The notes beneath the pieces are model-generated. The model saw only the letters and a program-made list of their open reading frames with translations, did no database searches and was not told the origin of the DNA. Positions 38,276-45,590 of a stretch of DNA of 45,590 nucleotides are shown here, piece by piece. The stretch covers positions 1 to 45,590 of IMG/VR virus record IMGVR_UViG_3300037419_001442. One strand, 5' to 3'. Positions within the stretch are counted from its first letter, which is position 1; each line of letters starts with the position of its first letter. The translations under genes and the position numbers were made by a program. The DNA is from a virus (taxonomy: Duplodnaviria; Caudoviricetes).

Positions 38276-40375
38276 TTATTTATTATAAATATATGTTCCA
38301 TTAACTTTAACATAACCTGGAACAGTGGAACGAGTAGCAATTTGTGATTGTACTCCAGGAGTTCCATATATAGAACCAGAGTTTCCTGTTACAGTTGAAT
38401 TTGAAACAGTAATACTAATTGGATGACCACTTGTATTCATATAGTATAAATCTCCCCATACACCATGGCCTAAGTTGTTAATAAATTGACAGTTTGTAAA
38501 GTTAAGATTTTGCATGTATTGAGTTGCTTTATTAGGTTCAAAGTCAACACCTGCACATGGTCCAGCAGGGTTACCGCTAGTATTAGAGAATATACAACTA
38601 TCAACTGTTAAATCAATAGCGGATATAACTGACATGCCTTGTCTGTTATTCCTATCAAAAGTTGAATTTTTAATAGTAATTGTTTTATTATAAGGAGTTC
38701 CTGAATAATCTCCTAAATAAATTCCATCTCCCATGCAATAAGAGACATTGGCATTTTCAATAGTAATATTACTAGCATTAGCTAAAGAAATTCCCATTCC
38801 GCCTTCTGAGGAAGTATTTGCAGGACGAGCTGCTTTATCTCCTATTAATGTTGGATAACCAAGTATACTTACATTACTTACACCCCAAAGTCTTAGCATT
38901 TGATATGAGGTTAAAGATGAAGTTAATCCTTTAATAATAGCTCCTTGGTCAAACCAAACTGTCATATTAGAAGGTATGCTTAAACCTGTACTTAGATTAA
39001 TCCAGTAAGTTCCTGCTGGGAATGAAACTGCAACACCTTTAGCAGATGCATCATTGATTGCACTTTGGATTTTTGCTGTATCATCTGTTGAATCTGAACC
39101 TGTTGCGCCATAAGCTGTAACTTCAACATAACTTAAAGGCTTTGGTGTTATTGGTCCAGTAGAAGTAGTAGGTGGAGTAGGAGGAGGAGTTGTACCACCA
39201 CCGCTAACAGGAGCTAAAGGAATAATATTGAAATTATCTACATATCCAATAGGTGTACTATTAAATCCAATACCAAATCCTGTATTTGTTAATAAATCTG
39301 TTATTGTATCAGTATGAACTAAAGTAGTATTTACATACAATTTAGAAGTACCACCTTGAACTTCTACTGCAACTACATCATTTGCTTTTAATACTGGACC
39401 ACCTGTAATTGTTGCAACAGTAGTAAATGTTGCATTTTGTTCTTGTAAGTACCAGCCAGATGAGTTATAAGCATACCTATAATAACGGCTATTGCTATCT
39501 ACACGGAAATAAAAATTATGTCCATTACCTACAGTAACAATTGTTACTTCCATTCTGGCATCTGCTGTTCCAGCATCAACATATGCTGCTCCCGTTCCAG
39601 TAGGTGCATATAATTTATTACTACTAATTCCCAAACCGCCTGTACCAAATGCAGTCCAAGTTTTATTTGTTCCACCATTATAAGAATCTGTTGTTCCAGC
39701 ACCTGTCGTAGTATCTGTCCTATTAAAATCATCAGAAACTACAGAAGTAGCAGTTCCTGATACTGTTGTTCCAGTAACTGTAACAGCGGTTGAACGATTA
39801 CCTGAAGTATCAATAGCTATAATTCTAAAAGTATAAACAGTGGATGCCGTTAATCCATTTACAGTATAAGTAATAACACTTGAATTAAGAGTATTAGTTG
39901 CTACTGTATAAGTAGTTCCACCGTCAGAACTATAAGCCACTTCTTGGTTTGCTACATCGCCAGAACTAGATTTTGTCCAATTTAATACAATACTATTAGA
40001 TGAAATAGTTCCAGTAGTTAAAGATGTTATTGGATTAGGTGGAGTAGTATCAACAGGAGCTGACATTGTTGCGCTAGTAGCATCAACCCATACACCTGAA
40101 CCTTTGTACCAAATTGGTTTACTTAGTGTTGTATCAAAAAAAGGAGTTCCTATAGCTGGGTCAATAGGTCTTTCCATTGAAGTACCACTTAAACCTGCCG
40201 GGCTTACAGTGACTGTAACATTACCATTAGCATCAGGTGCAATATTATTGACAGATTTAACTGTTCCATCTCCCTTTGCATCCCAAGATGCTATTTGTTC
40301 ATCTGTAACCAATCTATGAGTACTATTATCTAAAAATTGGTTAAGATTTCTTGGAATTTCTTGACTAAATGGCAA
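38276..40375 (-). CDS. Tailspike/depolymerase-like protein: FN3 + lectin-like + right-handed beta-helix
   Basis: VKSVN...PD.NGNV and RP....G..FFDTTL.KPIW fibre motifs; DTTPP..YTFRIIAIDTSGN.S FN3; Pro/Thr linker; YGATG...TDDT..IQ.AI..FPAGTY and GDGIYLG, RQGMSV, GVDFEPN pectate-lyase-like fold. Confidence 0.85.
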   Translation of the reverse strand: MPFSQEIPRNLNQFLDNSTHRLVTDEQIASWDAKGDGTVKSVNNIAPDANGNVTVTVSPAGLSGTSMERPIDPAIGTPFFDTTLSKPIWYKGSGVWVDATSATMSAPVDTTPPNPITSLTTGTISSNSIVLNWTKSSSGDVANQEVAYSSDGGTTYTVATNTLNSSVITYTVNGLTASTVYTFRIIAIDTSGNRSTAVTVTGTTVSGTATSVVSDDFNRTDTTTGAGTTDSYNGGTNKTWTAFGTGGLGISSNKLYAPTGTGAAYVDAGTADARMEVTIVTVGNGHNFYFRVDSNSRYYRYAYNSSGWYLQEQNATFTTVATITGGPVLKANDVVAVEVQGGTSKLYVNTTLVHTDTITDLLTNTGFGIGFNSTPIGYVDNFNIIPLAPVSGGGTTPPPTPPTTSTGPITPKPLSYVEVTAYGATGSDSTDDTAKIQSAINDASAKGVAVSFPAGTYWINLSTGLSIPSNMTVWFDQGAIIKGLTSSLTSYQMLRLWGVSNVSILGYPTLIGDKAARPANTSSEGGMGISLANASNITIENANVSYCMGDGIYLGDYSGTPYNKTITIKNSTFDRNNRQGMSVISAIDLTVDSCIFSNTSGNPAGPCAGVDFEPNKATQYMQNLNFTNCQFINNLGHGVWGDLYYMNTSGHPISITVSNSTVTGNSGSIYGTPGVQSQIATRSTVPGYVKVNGTYIYNK

Positions 40376-40730
40376 TGTAACTCACTCCTTCACCATCTAT
40401 TGATGAATTAATATATAAAAGGTTTGTATTAGAAATATTAATTTCTAAACTATCGCCGGATAATAATTCTGCTCCATAAGAAGAAGATGAAACACCAGAA
40501 CCTCCTACAAATATAGAACCAACATTTAAACGTTTAGATATAATTAATATTCTTCTACAAGCCAAATTTGGAAATTGAACTGCAGTTCCTGCTGTTATTA
40601 CATTCAAAATTCCATGGTTTAAAGATTCGCTTCCCATCTCTCTTGCTGGTACATAAAAGTCTGTTCCATCTGAAGTCGCCTTTACTGCTCCAGCTTTATT
40701 ATTGGAATCATTTGGAAAAGTAAATGCCAT
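40365..40730 (-). CDS. Small beta-rich structural protein
   Basis: N.GSIFVG..GV....G.EL..GDS jelly-roll-like pattern, with an AAGGAGG RBS. Confidence 0.7.
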   Translation of the reverse strand: MAFTFPNDSNNKAGAVKATSDGTDFYVPAREMGSESLNHGILNVITAGTAVQFPNLACRRILIISKRLNVGSIFVGGSGVSSSSYGAELLSGDSLEINISNTNLLYINSSIDGEGVSYIAI

Positions 40731-40767
40731 TTAAATTGCCTCCTTTAAAAGGAAACCACATTCTCTA

Positions 40768-41217
40768 TTAAGAGAATGTGATTTGCCATGTAATTTGCAA
40801 ACTGTCAGATGAAGATGCAAGGTTTACTGCTCCAGTTAATTGATGGGCAAATAATGTTCCAGCAGATGAAGCATTAAATAGTCCAGCTTCTTGAACAGTT
40901 GTAGAAGTAGTAATACCAGTTAATGTTGCGACATATTGAATAACATTTCCACTTGGATTAGAACGAGTTACTGCAACACGAGCATAACCATTACCAACTA
41001 ATTCTGTTCCAAGACCTGTATCTCCTGCACTTACTGCAGTTGTAGAAGTACCAAATCCCATGTGAGTAACAACTGAGTTACCAGCACTTGCACTATTTAA
41101 TAATGAAGCTAGAGCATTTTTACCAACAGAAGTTACTACATTTTCTCTTTCTTCTACTAAATCACCATTTTTATATACCCAAATATGTCCAGTTACTTTA
41201 ATACCATCGTTAGCCAT
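40768..41217 (-). CDS. Virion structural protein, paralog-like to 7068..7517
   Basis: NVVTSVGKN.L..L, MGFGT......GDT.L..E, EAGLFNA and DSLQITW.ITF motifs. Confidence 0.75.
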   Translation of the reverse strand: MANDGIKVTGHIWVYKNGDLVEERENVVTSVGKNALASLLNSASAGNSVVTHMGFGTSTTAVSAGDTGLGTELVGNGYARVAVTRSNPSGNVIQYVATLTGITTSTTVQEAGLFNASSAGTLFAHQLTGAVNLASSSDSLQITWQITFS

Positions 41218-41308
41218 ATATTTTTCACCCTTCTTTTATTAGATTTTATTAGTGCTAATGCACTATATTAAAAATAATTTTATTTTTTTTACTTTTTATT
41301 CCTAACTT

Positions 41309-42127
41309 TTAAATTAATGTTATATACTTGCTAATTTCTATTCTATCAGCAATATATTTATCCATTGCTTCTTTAGCTTGTTGAATGTGTGTTTTATATG
41401 AAAGATAATGTAAATCTAAATTAGCACCATTTATTAAATTACCTAAATTTGTAGGAATAGATGGCAATAAATTATTTTGTATTTCAGTAATTGCATCTTG
41501 TTCTTGTTGAGTTAACGTTAAATTTAATGCAGGTATTACATAATGGAAAAGAGTATGCATTACAATACCATCAGCAGTAGCTAAATCTACATTAGCAAAT
41601 GACATATCCACTAAACTATTTTGATAATAATTTGCTAAATCTATGCTTTTAGTAGGAGCTATTTGATATATTCCATTACTATCTTGATAAATAGCAACAC
41701 TAATACTTCCATTATTACCACCAATTTCAATCATTGTAAGTGGAAATCCATCAATTCTAATGCTTAATGAAACTTTAACTTGAGCAATAGAAGGATGAAA
41801 TTTAACAGGAAGTGTAAAAGAATTATTTACAATTGCTACTTGATAAGTCTTATCCAATATAGAAATAGTAGCTTGTGTTGGATTAGAAGAAGCATTCATT
41901 AAATTACCAATTAGATTTGTTCCATCATAAGAAACATTAATATAAGGTTTATTAACCATTACTTCATCAAAACTATGCGAATTTATGTTAAATATTAAAT
42001 CTTTAATCCCATAATCGTTATCATCTACAATAGTTGTAAATAAATCTCCGTTAGGAAACAAAGGCATATTATAACCTGCAAATAGTACAGCATTATTTTT
42101 AGAGTTGGCTGTTATAAAAGTTAACAC
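41309..42127 (-). CDS. Hypothetical protein
   Basis: 272 aa, GTG start behind AAAGGAGG. Confidence 0.75.
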   Translation of the reverse strand: MLTFITANSKNNAVLFAGYNMPLFPNGDLFTTIVDDNDYGIKDLIFNINSHSFDEVMVNKPYINVSYDGTNLIGNLMNASSNPTQATISILDKTYQVAIVNNSFTLPVKFHPSIAQVKVSLSIRIDGFPLTMIEIGGNNGSISVAIYQDSNGIYQIAPTKSIDLANYYQNSLVDMSFANVDLATADGIVMHTLFHYVIPALNLTLTQQEQDAITEIQNNLLPSIPTNLGNLINGANLDLHYLSYKTHIQQAKEAMDKYIADRIEISKYITLI

Positions 42128-42276
42128 TGTGTTACCTCCTTTAATTAAAACCTATGTGCTCATAGCACTATATAAAATATTTCTTTTTTTTTACATTTTA
42201 TCCTTATTTTATATTCAAAGTTTTAATTTTGTTATATAATATAATTATATAAGAGATAAATAAGGAGGGATAAAGA

Positions 42277-42426
42277 ATGAAAACTCAGTTATATGCTTTA
42301 GTTGATAACGTTTGGTATCAAATATTGGATATTAAAGGTGATGAAAACAACACTTATTACAAATTGTATTCTTTAGATTATCTAGTACCGAACGAAGATA
42401 TTAAAGAACTAAGGGAATATATCTAA
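42277..42426 (+). CDS. Small hypothetical protein (49 aa, MKTQLYALVDNVWYQ...), not in the ORF track
   Basis: TAAGGAGGG RBS, upstream TATAAT boxes and an open frame to TAA at 42424-42426. Confidence 0.7.
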   Translation: MKTQLYALVDNVWYQILDIKGDENNTYYKLYSLDYLVPNEDIKELREYI

Positions 42427-42476
42427 GACACATTTCAGTCATATTAAAATAACTGTAGGTGAAGTTTAATACAAAA

Positions 42477-42507
42477 GAAAAGAGCCTATAAAAAGGCTCT
42501 TTTTTTT
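42477..42507. terminator. Bidirectional terminator
   Basis: AAAAGAGCCT-N6-AGGCTCTTTTTTTT. Confidence 0.8.
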
Positions 42508-42872
42508 ATGTGATTTATAGCGTATCCAAGATTAGAGTTTATTGTTTTACCACTTAATCTACATACTTTCCATCCGTTTTTCTTTAGATAGTAATTTTTT
42601 CTGGAATCATGCTTTTTCTGTTCTGGAGTAGAGTGCCATTCCTTTCCATCACATTCAATAGCTAGCTTATATTCCATTAATGCTAAATCAATTCTATACG
42701 GTCCGCATCTTACTTGTGGAATTGGATTAAAACCATGAGATTTTAGAGCATTATACAACCTTTTCTCTATATAGGATTCACATATATGATGATTTATATT
42801 TTTATCTTTATATTTATAATGATGAAATATCAATAAAATTATAGCAAATAATAGAACAATTATAGTAGCCAT
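42486..42872 (-). CDS. DUF559/Vsr-like endonuclease with N-terminal membrane anchor
   Basis: ES.IE..L..AL, Q...G.YRID.A, LAIECDG..WH and D..K...L...GW.V.R motifs. Hydrophobic N-terminus, AAAGGAG RBS. Confidence 0.85.
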   Translation of the reverse strand: MATIIVLLFAIILLIFHHYKYKDKNINHHICESYIEKRLYNALKSHGFNPIPQVRCGPYRIDLALMEYKLAIECDGKEWHSTPEQKKHDSRKNYYLKKNGWKVCRLSGKTINSNLGYAINHIKKRAFL

Positions 42873-42950
42873 AATATTTCTCCTTTCAGAAACCATTAGA
42901 TTTTGTTTTATCCATAATTGATATAATTAATATAGAAAAATTGATAGGAG

Positions 42951-43367
42951 ATGATTAATCTGGGCAAAGAACAAGTTACATTAAAAGAAAAGAAAGCATT
43001 AGACACTTTTTTAGAAAATCGTGGTAGTAATTTACAATATTTAATAGAATATTATATTGGTGATAGTTTTAATTGGGATGTAGAATATAAACCATTAAAG
43101 CTTATGGCTTTTGATAAATTTGTTAAATGTCTTGTTAATGGCTATGAAATTAAATTTGATGATGAACTGGAATTTAATATTCCTGTTGATTTAGGAAATA
43201 TTAATGTTTCTTATAATTATGAAATTGAAGAACTATTTAAAAATATTGATAAAGAAGTCATTTATTTAAGTGTCAAAGAAAAATCGGCAGGGCTTACTAT
43301 AGAACAAACTAAAGAGCTTATTAAATGCTTTCATTCTCTAATCCAACAGATAGAAGATGTTTATTAA
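42951..43367 (+). CDS. Hypothetical protein (paralog-like to next gene)
   Basis: V.L.E..A...F..CL.NGYEI N-terminal domain. Confidence 0.7.
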   Translation: MINLGKEQVTLKEKKALDTFLENRGSNLQYLIEYYIGDSFNWDVEYKPLKLMAFDKFVKCLVNGYEIKFDDELEFNIPVDLGNINVSYNYEIEELFKNIDKEVIYLSVKEKSAGLTIEQTKELIKCFHSLIQQIEDVY

Positions 43368-43392
43368 ATTGATTAACAAAATATGATATGAG

Positions 43393-43818
43393 GTGATTAT
43401 TATGAAAAAAGTTAAACTAACTGAAGAACAAGCAAATACACTTGAACTTTTAAAAAGAAATTTTGGAATAGAATATGTTATTAGAACTAAAGTAAAAGGC
43501 TTTATAAATAATGATAAAATTCTAAATACATTAAAAGTAGAAGATATTTGTCAAGCAATTTATATTGGATACGAAATTGAAAGGCCTCCTGCTCCAGAAT
43601 ATCATAGTAGTAATTTTGAAATTACCTATAATGTTGGTGTAGATGATTTAAAACATAATAAAGATAATGCAATTTATTTTGCTATTAAAAGACCTTCAAT
43701 TACTACACCAGGCATACCTTCATCCGCATATAAGGCTATTAGTTTTGAGGAAGCAGGCAAAGTTAGAGATGCATTGGATGAGCTTATTGGATATTACGAA
43801 AAATATTATAGTAAATAA
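43393..43818 (+). CDS. Hypothetical protein (paralog-like to previous gene)
   Basis: KVKLTEEQA..LE...AIYIGYEIE N-terminal domain. Likely start at MKKVK behind GAGGTG. Confidence 0.7.
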   Translation: MIIMKKVKLTEEQANTLELLKRNFGIEYVIRTKVKGFINNDKILNTLKVEDICQAIYIGYEIERPPAPEYHSSNFEITYNVGVDDLKHNKDNAIYFAIKRPSITTPGIPSSAYKAISFEEAGKVRDALDELIGYYEKYYSK

Positions 43819-43831
43819 TTTTCATTAATTG

Positions 43832-43867
43832 AAAGAGACTGAGTGTCATCCTCAGTCTTTTTATTTT
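43832..43867 (+). terminator. Intrinsic terminator
   Basis: AGACTGAG-N-CTCAGTCT-TTTTATTTT. Confidence 0.8.
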
Positions 43868-43943
43868 GACATATAAAAATCCGAAAATCTTTTCTAGAAT
43901 GATTTATCATTTTAAATTATTTTAAAACTTCTGTATTTATAAA

Positions 43944-44084
43944 CTAAAGTTGGTCATTATTTTGTTTTCTCTTTTGATAGTGCTTATGAACTTCAATTCC
44001 TCTTGTTATAATATCATCAAAACCTCCATTCATAAATAAAATAAGATAGGACATAATAAATAGTAAAACTATAATACATGCCAT
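43944..44084 (-). CDS. Small membrane protein (46 aa)
   Basis: AGGAGG RBS 7 nt before ATG (MACIIVLLFIMSYLILF...). One TM helix and a basic tail. Confidence 0.65.
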   Translation of the reverse strand: MACIIVLLFIMSYLILFMNGGFDDIITRGIEVHKHYQKRKQNNDQL

Positions 44085-44369
44085 ATATAAACCTCCTGTT
44101 AAGTAAAATTCAAAACTGCAAAATAAATTTTTGAAAAATCGACTTTTCAATGTAAACTATGGCTTGTGAAACAATTGTTTAACACTTTTTATTATATATT
44201 ACCTCATAAAGACAAGATATATTATCTAATATATTTTAATTAATATATTAAGAAATATCCTCTATATATTATTATATCAACCTTTAGACAAGTTATGACT
44301 CAAAGGATAATATTGAGAATATTTCATTTTTCATTCATTCTCATTCTCACTTTCATTTCAAATACCATT

Positions 44370-45590
44370 TATACTTACTGAATATTCAGAAAATTAAGGA
44401 TAGAAAATATTGGATGAATAGAAAGAATAACAGATGGAAATGATAAGAATAGGAAGAATAAAATGAGTGTTAAAGAGAATTTGAAAATGGGAGTTGTAGG
44501 TAGGGAGATGGTCCCCTGCGTGTGTGTGTTTTTTTGAGGAAAGTAGTCGGACCCCCAAGAATGTTTGAATATTTGAATATTCAGATATTGTTGGTCATTG
44601 TGTTGAGAATGATTATCATTCTCACTACGATTTCATATAATATTTAGATTATATGAACTGATTATTTATTGATAATGAGTCTAATGTACTCATGAGTCAG
44701 TGATAATGTTTATCATGTGATATAGTTCACAAAGTCTAATTGAGAATTTGGAACAAAAATTGTATTCGACAATATCGAATGTGCAACTGAGGACATTGTT
44801 CATATCATCACACACCATTATCCCCATATACTTTTATGTTCACCCTATCACAATCTATCTCACTTTCAATCATCTCACATTCTTATATCTTTAATTAAAA
44901 CTAAATATATTTCACACTTCGAATATCTTTAATTCAGATTATTTCTATAAATATATTTCAATTTTGAATATCTCACATTTGAGACATATTATATTACATT
45001 CATATATCTTGAATTCAATATAGTCTGTTCAATAGTTCACAATCTATTTCAAATTAAAGATTTATGAATTCAAGATAGTATGTGAATTGTTTCACATTAA
45101 TGTTCATATATCTGATTATTTGAATATTCATATTCAATAGTTCACATATTAGTTTAAATTAAAGATATTTTAATTCAAGATAAATTGTTCATAGTTTCAC
45201 ATATTAGTTTGAATTTAAGATATTAGTTTCAAATATTTGAATATTCAGACGTTTTATATTAATTTCATATATCTCACAATAAAATATCTTGATTTCGAGA
45301 TAATATGTTCATGATTTCACAATAAATTATACTATAAAAATAATGTGTGAATATAATCACAAATTAATAATTATTCATTATATGGAATAAATTATTCTTG
45401 GATAAGATTATGTTCAACAGTTCACAATCTCATTTTAAAATTATTTGAATTTTCAGATAATTTAAAATAACAAAAAAAAATCTCTAATTAAAGAGATTGT
45501 AAATAAAATAAAAATTATCTATAAAATATATCTGGATTTTTGATGATATTTGAATGTATTCAATATCAATATTATAATAAACAATCATAA
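44370..45590. repeat. Non-coding array of interleaved palindromic operator-like motifs
   Basis: About 10 TGT(GA/TC)-N6-TCACA, about 9 TATCTT.AATT.AAGATA-like, about 4 AAT(A/T)TTCAGA.., 2-3 TGA.AAT..TTATCA and one TTCGACA. No ORF of 60 aa or more. Confidence 0.75.

Noticed and set aside
1383-40319. Opposite-strand or nested track ORFs (e.g. 1383..1565, 2297..2530, 5025..5228, 8310..9140, 12281..13237, 14696..15150, 20978..21376, 27019..27216, 34676..37573, 39544..40319)
   Set aside because: They are shadows of well-supported genes, lack RBSs and show antisense-type composition.
45363-45400. ArgR/AhrC ARG boxes (TTAATAATTATTCA, GAATAAATTATTC)
   Set aside because: They are almost purely A/T and imperfect, so too likely by chance to count as a separate family in the array.
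44370-45590. CRISPR array or tandem satellite
   Set aside because: There is no constant 25-45-bp repeat with regular spacers. The motifs are short, degenerate, of several families and irregularly spaced.
1-45590. tRNA/rRNA genes, integrase, transposase, att sites
   Set aside because: No cloverleaf or T-loop signatures and no recombinase motifs were seen. Lifestyle cannot be decided from this window.

Overview
An AT-rich 45.6-kb segment of a tailed dsDNA phage with a contractile tail (myovirus morphology). The host is most likely a spore-forming Bacillaceae, judged from Bacillus-type NrdJ, SpoIIID, YozD and Rok-like genes, a GH25-SH3-LysM endolysin and GGAGG-type RBSs. Left to right: the 3' part of a class II ribonucleotide reductase (+); a complete minus-strand virion operon read right to left (PIN-PhoH, terminase, portal, minor head, protease/scaffold, major capsid, neck, sheath, tube, frameshifted tail chaperone, tape measure, baseplate, tail fibre, holin-endolysin-holin); a 450-bp structured intergenic locus; RNase H; a sporulation-type regulator cluster (SpoIIID, sigF/G-like sigma, Rok-like, sigE/K-like sigma with an extra HTH, YozD); a second, separately transcribed adhesin/fibre operon (1542-aa triple-LamG repeat protein and FN3/beta-helix protein); several small genes; and about 1.4 kb of non-coding DNA at the right end. 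The most unusual signals are (i) that non-coding end, tiled with more than 25 palindromic sites resembling operators of host regulators (Rex/Fnr, MhqR, CodY, Fur, Spo0A) next to a GC-rich cos-like island, (ii) the compact sporulation-cascade mimic with sigma-G-like promoters ahead of late genes, and (iii) a candidate pseudoknotted ncRNA at about 28264-28515. All family calls come from motif recognition by eye; no searches were run.
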